Below, in pieces: positions 34,230 through 46,764 of a stretch of 64,000 bases of DNA. The DNA lies in NCBI GenBank assembly GCA_015680685.1, contig MNCI01002026.1, forward strand, positions 1-64,000, read 5' to 3'. How positions within the stretch are numbered: position 1 is the stretch's first letter; the number at the start of each line of letters is the position of its first letter. A program made the position numbers and the translations under genes. This DNA is from Gnetum montanum (taxonomy: Eukaryota; Plantae; Gnetophyta). A model generated the notes under the pieces. The model saw only the letters and a program-made list of their open reading frames with translations. It did not search any database and was not told where the DNA came from.

Positions 34230-36920
34230 CCCTATATCATTGTATGTGATCCATGGAACTTTCTACTTTTCAATATTCCCACAAGTGTTTTCCTTAGATA
34301 TTTCTAGGGAAAGCTTGTGGATTCCTAGGCATGCATTCATGGTACTTAGCCCTGTCCTTCCCATTATTATTGGGAAGTCACCTTTGTCATTGTTGACTTG
34401 TATCACTAGGAAATCAGTTGGGTATGGCCAACCATACACAGTGGTAATGATGTCCTCCACCAGTCCCAACGGAATGGTGATGGACTGGTCAGCTAGCTCT
34501 AAGAAAATATTACTCTTCTTCAGTGGAGGTAGGTTCCAGGCTTTATACATTTCTTGCGATATCAAGTTGACTCTAGAACTTGAGTTTAGAAGAGCTTTAC
34601 AAGGTTCATTCCCAGCAACTTGGAGATAAATTAAAGGACTTCTAGGATCAGAGAATTTCCTAGGAAGATGGCCCTCCTTGATCTAGTTAGTGAGGGAATG
34701 TGTTAACATAAGCGTGTGCATTGAGCTCTATTGTTGGTTTGAAGGGAGCTTCGAAGCCTTATTTGATGGAGGAACGTTCGGAGGCTCAACCGCTTGTGGT
34801 TGTGAGAGCTTGTTTGTACTATTGGTTCTGAAGAAAGATCTTCTTCTTGTATGGTTGTCNTACTATTGGTTCTGAAGAAAGATCTTCTTCTTGTATGGTT
34901 GTCAAAACCAATAGTGGGTTGAAGGTTTATAGCTCTTGTAGCATTGCGTTGCTACGGTTGAGTGGGGAGTTCCCCTTGCATTGTTGGAGTGGATGGTAGT
35001 GGAGCTATTGGTGTAAGAGTCATAGCTAGGTTTAGAGGATGGTATGTATGTGGTGTGTCTCTCCTAGGAGAAGGAGATCTATAATACTCCCAAGCTTGGT
35101 AGTGACGTTGTGGGGTCGTGTGACCAATAGAATCACTTGGAGACATTGGCTACTACACGTAATAGCCATATGGATTTGGTTTTCGGTAAGGGTATTGGTT
35201 CCTAGGTGGTGGCATCCCCCATGACTGTGGGTATTGCCACTGCTAGTGTTGCTCAATAGGTTGTGATAGAGTTCCACTTGGATAATATGTTAGTGGTTGG
35301 TAGAACTACCTTAAGTTACCTTGGGGATAAGGTAACTGTCGGGGTGCTTGCCATTTGTTGAGTTGTGGGTTAAGTGCATACACCTTGGACTCTTGTAGGT
35401 TTGAGATTACTAGGCAACATCTCTTAGGATGGTCATATTGGCATATCTCACATTTGTTGTCATTGTCGATATCAGAATTCACAACCTCTTCGGTGATAGC
35501 CATTTTACCCTTACCTTTGTTACGTGCATGGTCCAAATCCCTCTTCTTCTTTTTATCATAGTCACTACTTCGCTCCTTAGACTCCTCTATGATTTTTAAA
35601 ATGGTTTCAAATCTACTATCTAAGGAGTCCCACATCTAATCTACCTTAGCTGACACTTTTGTTGTTAACTTTTGGAGTGGCAAGGTTTTCCTATTCACCA
35701 ACTCTTCAAGTGGTGACTTTTCCTCCTCTTCACAAAATCTCACTCCTCTTTTTTGGAGGGAAGGATTGTGGTTGTACTCTTCTACACTTTCTCTCTTATG
35801 TAGCTCTTCTTCTTCCTTAGCTACTTGCTCCAGTAATCTATGGACCTGATGGAGCCTAAGCTTTGATAATCTCCCTTGGGCATATGTTCCAAGGGTTCTC
35901 CTGGTTTCATGTCTAAGCCTATCTACGAGATGGCATAGTTGATCTTATTGTGCATAACCATGGCCCGAGAAATGATGTAATAGTGCATAATATTGATCCA
36001 TGGTAAGCTCCAATGGTTCATGATTTCCCTGTTTCCATCCTTGGGTCTACTTTTGCAAGTTGGACACTTGGGAGTATGTTTGATATTTATCATTAAACAG
36101 TTCTAGCATCGTACTCCACCTTCGAATGGATTCTAGTTCTAAGGACCGATACCAACTTTCTACTTCTATTATTAGTGTTCTTGGGAACAACTTTAACTTT
36201 TTCCACTCACTTTCAATGTTCTACAAGGCACATGCATCGTGAAATGCCTGTAAGTGGTTCTGAGGATTAGCATTGTATCCCCCCTCAAATCATGAGATAT
36301 TATTCATGTCTAGTCTCTTGATCCTACTATCTTTTTGGTGCCTTGTGGGTATTCTAGCAGCCTCCATGATGTCTAACAAGATTCAAGTTGCAAGTATGGG
36401 TTCTTCGTAGTCATTTCCCTCATAGCGTCTATGATTTCTACGTAATTCCCTACTTTCCCTTCTTCCATGCTATGATTCTCTAGAATGCCCTCGTCCTCAT
36501 TCTCGACTCTCTCATCGACATTTCTCACTCTGTTTACCCTTATCCTCATGGTTAGGTTCCTTAAGACTATGTCCTGATGTTGAAGGAGAGGGTGAATGTG
36601 AAGATGAAGGTGAAGAAGAAGGAGAACCATCACCAGGATGATGTTTCCTACCCTCTCTTCGGTGGTCTCGACCCCGATTGTGATGACGATCAGAATGTCC
36701 ATTCTTATCTTGTGTTTATGCTCCCTCGTTGAACACTTGGTGTTTGTGAGGATCAAAACCAGGGTTATGAATCATGGAGTGAAGGTTCTGATAGAACACC
36801 TCCTCACTATTGTTAGGAGGGGAAACCTCATTTTGTGGAGAACTTATTGAAATAGGTTCACCACCCTTAATTTCTCTTATGATGAGCGAACCATTATGGG
36901 GTCCTTTGCCCTTCAACGAT
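34230..36920 (-). pseudogene. gag: D gag-protease (decayed)
   Basis: Athila-type protease region LPRKFSDPRSP..VNLISQEMY..LELADQSITIPLGLVED..PTDFLVI..PIIMGR; gag core near 36000-36300; CEICQYDHPKRCC. Confidence 0.8.
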
Positions 36921-37448
36921 GTGTGGTAACTCTCCTATCACAAGTCCCATTAACATTGCACTTCTATGGGATGGTAGTCCCATTAACATTGCACTTCTAT
37001 GGGATGGTAGTCCCATCTATTGTAATCACATGGAATGTACTTAGCATATAATTGTGACATGCCTATTCGTGCAAGGGCACGAAGGAGCATGTTGGGGGCT
37101 GCTCTATCTAGAGGCAACACTATGTTACCCTCCAAGTCTCTCCAACATAGTTGTTCATCTTGATGGAGGACACAGGTAAAGTTAGGTATATATTCATCAT
37201 GATGAATATATACTACACTAAATTGCTGAGGAACTGGTGGTTCTTGGTTATGTGTGTTTTATCGTTGATTGTCTCTAGTGTTGGTCCTAGGTGGTGAAGT
37301 GCCTTTGTTCGAAGAAGAAGACATTTTAGTCTTGTTCAGCATGCTATTTACTATTATGTTATTTCTCTTGATCAACCCTAAGGATTTTTTTTAGCTCCCA
37401 ATGATGTAAATGATTTCCTATGTTCTATGTAGCGCACAAACAACCAAG

Positions 37449-37466
37449 TCCCCAGCAATGGCACCA
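37449..37466 (-). other. D primer-binding site (tRNA-Asp type)
   Basis: Minus strand TGGTGCCATTGCTGGGGA is a CpG-decayed TGGCGCCGTTGCCGGGGA, typical of Athila. Confidence 0.88.
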
Positions 37467-37467
37467 A

Positions 37468-38238
37468 TGATGAGTGGTAAGGTACCCCTACACTCAACCA
37501 TATAAATACAAGCATTTCATGTGTGATCCAATCGAACTCCAAGGACTAAGTGCTTATGCACCTTAATGGAACACTTAAGGTTAATTAATTGTTGTCTTCC
37601 CAGATTTACTTGTATTATTATGGTTGTATGGTTAAGTAAGTCTAAGGTATGTGATTTTTATGTCTTTTATCTTTTTAACGCCTTATGCTAAGAGGGAAGG
37701 GTGAAGAGACTAACTGACTAACTATTTGCTAACTAATTTCTAATCATCCTAGCACCAGTATCCATTCCCACTTACTGCACACACCCTGAACCAGTGCAAC
37801 AATATTGGGATTACCAAACACTACTTGTTACTAGGTTACCAAGCATTACACACATGCTCGAAGCGGTCATACTGAATGCACTTAACTAGGAGATTCAAGG
37901 GTTGAGAGAGATTAATCATCTAAGAAATCATTTAAACATTTAATATTAATTAAATCATATTTAGCTTAGTCCACATGCTACAAGGTTTATCATAAAGTTC
38001 ATCTTTATGGCCGTACACAAATGTGTGCTCAGGTACAATTTGCTCGAATACAGATCTATTTACTTTGAGACTCCTATTTCAGGCACATGGAAATTATTCT
38101 AACTTTGAAATGGTAAAACTACTATAGTTTGGCTAAGGGTCTAGATCTAGATGAGTGAAACAAGGGAAAGCCACCTCTTATTTATAGAACTGGCGACAGG
38201 CTATGATATCATGCCCGATGCGATATCGTGGCTCATCA
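37468..38238 (-). repeat. D 5' LTR
   Basis: Direct repeat of 31104-31936, adjacent to the PBS. Confidence 0.93.
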
Positions 38239-38243
38239 ATCCA

Positions 38244-39060
38244 CATTGGAGAGGATCCCCTCCATGTTTGGCAATGTGGAAACAAGGGGAACTGCTACCT
38301 TTCCACTTTTGGTCACAAGATGACACTCCTAGAAGTCAAATATCTATGCAGGAAAAGCCTAGGACCTCATAGCCTTAAGATCTTGCTCATTTGACCATAT
38401 TTTAACCTCCAAAACTCATTCCCCCCAATCTTCCATGTTGGAGTAACTTCCCTAGTGTGGAAAAAAGGGGTTAATACCTTAGGTGCCCTTGAATGACCTC
38501 TAAACATGATCAAAATTAACCAAAAACTTGTAGAAGCATGATTTAAATCCCTAAGAGCATGGAACTCTAGATGATGCACTTCCAAACCATCATAAACCCA
38601 TGGAAGATGTGTCCCCCCATTCTTCCATGTTGGGGATACTATGTTTAATGTGGAAGAATGGGGGAAGCCATTCAAACATGTTTTGACAACCAAAACTAAC
38701 TCAAATGGCCTCAAAACAAAGCTAGCGGATGTAGAACTTCTAGATCTAGGTTTCAACTTTTTGTTTGACCCTGTTTTGGCTTGGATTTTGGTTTTCCATG
38801 TTGATCCCCCTCCCTTCCATGTTGGCCATAATGAAAGTAAATTTTTAAGCTCTAGAACCTAATTTTTGGCTTTTACAAATCTCTTGAGTGCCTAATTTTG
38901 ACAAATCTAGCCCTATGCAACCTTGGGAAAGCCCCAAAATGTTGATTTTGGACCTCTAGATGCCCCAAAATCCACATTGTTTAGTTTCCACATTGCAATT
39001 CCCTTCTTCCACACTAGTCAATATGGAAATAGGGGAGGGGCAATGTGGAAGCCTCAAAAC
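38244..39060. repeat. B internal array with about 185-bp period (right part)
   Basis: Continues after D at about 38244, 38420, 38612, 38790 and 38985. Confidence 0.8.
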
Positions 39061-39452
39061 TCTCAATTTCTAGGTTAAAATAGCCTAGAAATAACCCTAA
39101 CTACTGTCCAAACTTACCTAATAGCATTGTGGCCTCAAACCATGGCCTGCTAAGGCCTTAAATTGGCATTATGGTCCACCAAGACTCTAAAATGGCATCA
39201 TGACCACTAAGGCCTAATGCTAGTGAAATTATGGCCCTTGTTGACCATTTGTAGCTATATTTCTCATACTTCCATTTATTTGGCCATTTTTGCACTTTTT
39301 TTACTTGTTTTTACTTTATTTATAGCCTTGGATAACCCTATTTTCATTATAATAGCATGTATTTACATAGTTTTATAGCATTTTAGCATTGGTTATTTAT
39401 TTTTATCCATGTGCCACTCAATATGTTGTTGGTTGACATGAAAGATCAGAGT

Positions 39453-42400
39453 ATGAATAGCCAGGAGCAAATCAATCTACCTTGGAGTCTAAGTGAGCCT
39501 CATAATGATATAGAATAGTATATCGACCCTAATTTCATAGATATTAAACTTGAGAGTCTTATTGACCATGTAGCCTCGATAGAAACACCTCTAGAATGGC
39601 CTAGAAACCTAGTCAAAACCTTTGACTTAGAGCTAGGCAACATAACCAAAGACTCTCTAATTGAGGTTCCTATCACAACACACAGTGGTGAGGAGAAAAC
39701 CCTTAAACTAAGTTCATCACTGGAACCTCAACAAGCTCAAGGCATCACCAAGGTCCTACAAGGAAACATTAAGATCTTTTCCTAGTCATATGAAGATATG
39801 CTAGGCCTAGACCCATGTTTGGTCCAATACAACATCATACTTGATCCTAGCATTAAACCAATTAAGCATAAAGTACGTAAGATTAGAGCTAATTTAGCCT
39901 TGAAAGTTCAGGATGAGATCTCAAAGCTCTACCAAGTTGGTTTCATTAGGGCTATTAACTACATAAAATAGATGTTCAACATAGTGGTAGTTCCTAAGAA
40001 AAATTAGAGTATCCATATTTACATCAATTTTCAAAACCTAAATAAAGCACCTATCAAGGATGACTTTCCTTTGCCTAGTATTAATCAACTTATCAATACT
40101 ATAGCTAGGCATTCCTTGTTTTCCTTTATGGATGGATTCTCAGGATATAACTAGATTAGGATCAACCTAGATCACCAACATAGTATGACCTTCATGACCT
40201 CTTGGAGGACCTTTTTCTATACTATGATGCCCATTGGTTTTAAGAACGCATGAGCAACCTATCAATGAGTCATGACCTATATCTTCAGTGATTACATCTT
40301 AGTTTTTCTTAATGATTATGTAGATGATATAGCGATTAAGTCCAAAGTGAATAGTGATCATGCTAATGACCTAGATATTATGCTTAAATGATGCCTGAAG
40401 TAGGAGCTTAGGGTTAATCCTAAGAACTGTGTCTTCGGTGTCAAGACCAATAAGATGGTTAGCTTTGTAGTATTTGAAGTAGGGATACATGTCAATCCTA
40501 ATAAGGTTAAGGCCATATCCAAATTAGTAGTGCCTACCAACCTTAAGGAACTTCAAGAATTACAAGATAGATTACAGTTTATTCCTAGGTTTATCACTAT
40601 GCTTCTTGATAAATCACAGCCCATGCGACACTTGCTTAAGAAAGGGGTTCACTATGAGTGGATAGCTCAATGCTAATAGGCCTTTGAAAACCTTAAGCAA
40701 GATTTGGCACAACTATTGACAGTCTATCCTCCACAAGAGGGTAAACTATTTTACATCTACCTTGTCATCTCTAACACATCCATTGCCTCTCTACTTTGTC
40801 AAAAACATGATCATGAACTAGAGATGCTAGTATACTATCTTATCCATGTAATAATTGCCCATGAGATTTGATATATTAAAGTGGAGAAGTATTTTCTAGC
40901 ATTATTCTTCTCATTAAAGAAGTGAAGAAACTACCTTTTAGAAGCCAAGTTAATGTCATTTGCAAGGATAATGTGCTTAGAGCCATAATGACCAACATTC
41001 ATGAAAGTATCCATATAGCTTGATGGAAAACCATATTCATAGAGTTTTACCTTCATTACATTTCTCAATCCTCGACAAAAGGTTAAGCTATAGTTGTACA
41101 ACTCATAGTTTCTCTTATTAATGACCAAGCAACCATAAATCCTAAGTTTTCCAATGAGCACATTAGCATCATTAGCCAAGTGCCAAAAGGTTATGAGGTG
41201 GTCATGCACTTTGATAGAGTTTCAACGGCTCATGGATCCAATGCCACTGCCATCATAATGTTCCCATCTAGTGAAATTTGATCCTTTGCCTATTGTTTTG
41301 GGTTTCCATGGACCAAAAACATAGAGGAGTATGAGGGTTTGATTAGAGGGATGATGGTAGCTTGTGACTTAGGACTTAAATGCTTAATGATTAAAGGTGA
41401 CTCTCAACTCATGGTTAACTAAGTAACTGAGGTCTATGCATGTAAAGCCAAACACTTACAACCTTATTGTGACCTAGAAAAGTAATTATTACAATAATTT
41501 GTAGACATTGATATCTAGCACATATCCGAAAATGAGATGCCATAGTTGATGGAATTGCAATGTTATCCATTAGTGTTACACTAGATATCTTTAGTAAGTT
41601 ATCCACCTTACCTATGGACTGTACTATTCCCATTATGAATAATGTGAAGGATACCTTTGTGGTCATTGTTCATACTACTCCTACTAGGGAGTGGGATGAA
41701 GATATCAAATTTTACCTTATGCATGATGAACCCTCACAAGGACTAACTATTGCTCAAAAGGAAACTATACATAAATGCTTGAATCAGTATATCATTGTAG
41801 GTGATAACACATTATGTTGACAATCCTACAATGGCATATTACTAATGTTCTTAGATAAAACTAAATCCAACACTCCTAGAGGAGGTTCACAAGGGTATTT
41901 GTGGAGGACATATAGCACCTAGAGATATGGCCACTAAGATTAGATGGTTAGGCTACTACTAGTCCCATATGGAAAGTGATTACATGCAAAAGGTTAAGTG
42001 ATGTGACATGTGCCAGTGGCATAGTAATGTTATACATATCTCACGAATTGAGTTGCACACTCCTTATATCAGTTGATCATTTCAACAATGGGGGTTAGAT
42101 ATCATTGGACCTATAATGCCTAAGTCTTCTATAGTGCATAGCTTCATCATCATCACAACCAAATACTTTACTAAGTGGGTTGAAGCTATTCCCATAATGA
42201 AGACTACATCTAAGCAAGTCTACAACTTTATCTTGGATAACATTATAGCCCATTTTGGCATACCCATGACCATAGTCACAAAAAATGGACCACAATTTAG
42301 TAACCATGAAATGAAATATTTCTATTACAATGTAGGCATTAAGCATTCTTTCTCATCACCTTATTACCCTTAAGCCAATGGACAAGCAAAAGCAAGCAAC

Positions 42401-42899
42401 AAGGCCATCATCAACTTGCTCAAGAAGATGCTCAACAATAGCAAGTGCAAATGGCATGAGTGGCTTGTCCATGCACTATGAGCGTATAGAACAACCTATT
42501 GTATGGAAACTAGTGTAACATCTTATAGCTTGGTTTATGGTTTTAAATTTTTTTTACCTCTTGAATTACAATTTCCATTACTCTGAGTAACTTTGACTAA
42601 CTTTATCAACAATGAGAAGAGTAAAGAGTTGTGGATAACGATCCTAGACTTGGTGGAAGAGTAGAATATGCAAGCACTTTCTCACATCAAGCACTAGCAA
42701 GATCAAGCGTAAGATCAAGGAAGGTGACCTAGTCCTCAAAGCCATCCATGAACATGTAGACTAATTCTTAGCCAACTAGGAAGGGTCCTTCCTTGTCACC
42801 CGAGCCTATGGTAATGGAGAATTTAGGGTAATTGACATGGATGGGAATGAGTTGGCCAATTTAGTCAATCATTCCTATCTAAAGCCATATTACATGTAG
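39453..42899 (+). pseudogene. pol: B pol 3' part: RT - RH - aRH - INT, heavily decayed
   Basis: Colinear with A pol: KDDFPLPSINQL, FMDGFSGYN, DYVDDI, GDSQL, YFTKWVEAIP, HSFSSPYYP; stop at 42897-42899. Confidence 0.92.
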
Positions 42900-43984
42900 C
42901 TAATAATCATCAACAAGTGAGCCTACTCAACCATGGCCTGTTGAGGCCTTAAATTAGTAACACTACTTACCAAGGCCTTAAATTGGCACCAAGGCCTTCC
43001 ATGGCTTTAAATTGGTAAAATTGGTAACTTAGGTAGCTTGGTTTTATCATTTTATATGACCAATATATGCTTTGTAAAGTTATAACATGCTTTGTTTTCT
43101 TGGTTTTCTTATTCTCTTGGAGTTGTGTTTGTAGGAAAAAGCTCAAGGCCATTGCAAACATGCAACTTATCATAGCAACAAATCATTGCGTGACCTTGAT
43201 GTATAAGATCTAGTAAGTTTGTCATGCCTTTTCAAGAGTGCTTGCACCATTGCCCTTCATCTAGCACCACTCCTTGATCCTAGCCCTATAGCCTTATTAT
43301 GGCCTTCCATACCTTGGAAAACAATGTTGTCCTATGTTTGTCACTCATGCATTGTAGCCATATGATATCTCTTTGTCATGCTCCGCTCTCAAGTCCACTT
43401 AAATGTAACACACTTCATTCAATGGGAAGCCTCTAAGTCCAATAGACATAATGCATATCATCTGGTTGGAAAACCATTAAGTCCATCAATCATAATGCAT
43501 CTTGTTCTATGGAAAAACCACCAAGTTTTTTGAGTGTAATATAGCTCACTCAATGGGAAAACAAAACCTATGTAGACCTGGTAATGAGACCCAACAAATG
43601 TCTCACCCCATCAAAAAAAAGAGGGGAATAAAATTTCCAAGAGGCTAAATGTCTAAATGAAGCCTCAAAGCCAAATGGCCAAAGTAACCTTAGAACGAAG
43701 TGATCGTTTCCTCAAATACATTTGCCAAGTGACCAACACTTCAAAACATGTCAATACCACATTGTAGCCATGATGTCAATCCTTGGAATACATTGTTGGC
43801 CTTCATAACCATTTTTTGTGACCTTAATATCATTATCTCATCATAGCCATATCCCATCATTACAAGCACTCTTTAACATGGTTTGACATGACTGGATCAA
43901 GCATGGATAGGGAGCATTGATGGTGGACCTATAGTGGTGTTTTTTATTCTTTGTCAATGACTCTTGAGTAAATCCTCCAAACAT

Positions 43985-44001
43985 CAACAAAGAGGGGCCA
44001 T
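43985..44001 (+). other. B polypurine tract
   Basis: CAACAAAGAGGGGCCAT precedes TGAAACACCAC. Confidence 0.85.
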
Positions 44002-45453
44002 TGAAACACCACAAAAATTTACATGTTGTAACCAACACTCATCATGTAGCCTTCAACCTAGGAAACTCGAGGTAAAACTTCATTGTAAATGTGAATATTA
44101 TAACCCATAGTGAGCAATATCACATACTTCATACTTTTGAGGCTGAAAAATGCCTCATAAGTGGTCAAATCCTCATTCCCCAAGTGGAAAAGTTCACCTA
44201 GTGTCTATATTTATGCTTGGGAGGTCAAAAATGCCTTTTGGAATGCCAAAAATGGCAATCTTATGGGTTTAATGTTGGGTATACACTTTTCTACATTAGA
44301 AATGCTTACAGGGGGAAATATCACCTACCCTAGCATGGAGAGGAAAATCCTAGTGTGTAGAGGTGGGTGGATACATGATGCCTAGTGTGGAGGAGTTTGG
44401 TCTTCTTTTCTAGCATGGAAACCCTCATCCTCAACGTGAAGGATTCTCACCCTAGCATTGAAATTCCTCTCCCTTAACATGGAAGCTACATGAATAAGCT
44501 TTTTACATTCTAATGGCCTCAAGTTTGGCAAACCAATTCAACAAGGATAGTAAAGGGTTCAGCATGAAATATCTACCTCCAACATAGAAGGTGTGCCCCT
44601 ATTATTATTTATAGTAAGCAGAATGATCATAGGGGTTTAGCACTTATGATACATAGTAACCCTCCAAATTTGGGCATTCATTTCACCTATATGAGGTAGA
44701 AATTTGTAGCAATTTTCAGCCAATTTTTAAGAAAAATCATGGTCTAAAACTTATAAAACCAAAACTTCCAACATCCCTTTTAGGTTCCACACTTTGGCAT
44801 TTTCAAGCACATAGCAATTTTGGCTTCTAGGAGCTCTTGCAACCTTGTTGAAAGGTAGCCTCTTGAAGCCTCCCAACATGCAACCTTTGCAACCTTGTTG
44901 CAAGCTTTATTACCTCATAATACTTGTGGATTTTTGGTGTCAACACTACATTTTTGGGACTTCCAACCCCTAGCATGGAGTAATCTAGGAGCCAAATTTC
45001 TCACCTTTCTCACCCTCCAACAATGACTTAAGTTGTAGATCTAAAGTTGTAGTAGAGAAGGTTTGAAAGCATCAAGAGTGTCTTAGTATTTGGATTGTGG
45101 AGCAAATCACATCAGCTTAAATGGGATTTGAGCTCCTATCCTACTGAAATCCCTTTTTCTCTCTCATGGGCATTTCTTGTACATATTTTTGAAACTCATT
45201 CTTTATTATTTTAATAAATTTTTTAAAGTTTCATTTTGTGTGCAATTTTCATTTGCTTTCCATTTTACACATTTGTAATTTTGACATTTTATTTTCTCAA
45301 TCCACCATTTTGCATTTCATAAGTCCCTAGGTGATTTGTTGGACCATCCAAGGCACGTAGAATCCCATTTTTTGAAGGCCTTGGGGATTCTAGATTGAGG
45401 CTGCTACACTAGATCCATTAATTTTTCAGCAATCAGTTTTTCCAGTTGTAATA
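44002..45453 (+). repeat. B 3' LTR
   Basis: Starts TGAAACACCA like the A and C LTRs. The end is inferred from similarity to the C LTR end (TTTTCAGCAATC..GTTTTTCCA); length about equal to the C LTR. Confidence 0.75.
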
Positions 45454-46764
45454 AAATTAATTAAGGAATTCATAAAAATGACAAGCACTAATAACTAAAC
45501 AATATTGGCATAGCTTATCTAGAAACTTATTGCTAAATCATTGTAGCTTATATAATAAAAGAAGTATATAATTGTTTCATCAAGTATGAGGTCAAGAGTT
45601 TGAAATCAAACAACCACATAATTGGATAATCCATAGGGATAACATCAAATAATAATTAGGATAAATTAATTAGAAAGCACCTAAATAAATAATTAAGGTC
45701 ACAAAGTATAGCAAGTCATAGTTGAATATCTTGTATGTTCACAAAAAATATAAATAGATCATAAGGAAAATAATCATAGCTATGTAGAACCAAGCAAACA
45801 AGGTTGGCAGGTAATTAAACATTATAAAATGAATTTAACATATAAAGGATCAAGGATTTAAATTCAAACAATGTTATATATACAAATAAAATGGTAAAAA
45901 GGGTTCCTTGACTAGGGTATGCCATTTTGCGTATTTAATGAGATAAGAAAAGTGTAAAAGAAAATGAAAAGAAACTTTATTAATAAGAAAGTTGAAAATG
46001 AATAAATTCATTTGGATCATGCTCTAATGATTATTTCCATTGTCTGCCTTCAATATCTATACTTTAGAGGCAATCCAACATAGCCATAGGCCTAGACCTA
46101 ACTAGACAAGATGGTTTGGTCCCTTCATTTTCTACTTCAATTGGTTCTCATCACTCATCATTATTAGCTTTGTAACTCCATGCTACTCTATGTTATTAGT
46201 ATAAATACCTTATCTTAAACTCATAAAGATTGACTTAAGAGACATGCTTGTAATTACAATATGATCTTTTAATGATAACTACAATGCCTAGTTACTAAAT
46301 GATACCATTTGAAAATAGGAATATCACATGTCTATTAGTGATGCCAAGGTTGCATTAGATCCAAAATGCAGAAAACAAAAGAAAATATAACATAATCTAT
46401 AAGTTTAAACTTGGGATTTAATAGGCCATCATGGGCATAACATTTTGGCATATTTAATCTATATTTTGTTATGAATATTATGTGATTTGATACATCAATG
46501 ATCTCATGTCTATGGTAAGAGTGGTTTGGTACTTCAATGAATAAGCAAGAAAAATGGACTTTAATTTGTAAGAAAAGTATCTAAGTATTTTTTAGGAAGT
46601 AAGAGGTTTAACATACACTTAATTAGGCATCATTACATAACAATTAAACCAAAAAAACACATGCTCATGTCTCCAATAAAAAAGAGCTTCTTCTTTCAAT
46701 ACAAACTATCCTTCTTGTACATGAACTTCATAATAACATTAGCATTAGAATCTTTTGATAAGTG

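Larger units (their letters stand above)
31104..38238 (-). mobile_element. Element D: non-autonomous Athila-like LTR element (gag + protease only), 7.1 kb
   Basis: LTRs 31104-31936 and 37468-38238 with TGATGAG...CTCATCA ends, TSD ATCCA (31099-31103 and 38239-38243), tRNA-Asp-type PBS; no RT, RH or INT motifs seen. Confidence 0.92.
4763..45453 (+). mobile_element. Element B: left-truncated Tat-type Ty3/gypsy retrotransposon hosting nested elements A and D
   Basis: Removing A and D at their TSDs rejoins antisense gene, internal array, RT-RH-aRH-INT, PPT and 3' LTR in the same order as in A. The 5' LTR and gag-PR are absent from the window. Confidence 0.75.

Noticed and set aside
34817-34903. 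43-bp direct duplication around the N at 34860
   Set aside because: Same gap-overlap signature; not treated as biological.
36943-37016. 33-bp tandem duplication in D
   Set aside because: Simple local duplication with no evidence of function.
28850-39060. Palindromic cores with variable spacers as CRISPR or MITE copies
   Set aside because: Cores are degenerate, spacers are about 130 bp and partly related, there are no per-unit TSDs, and the motif is shared with B's LTR.
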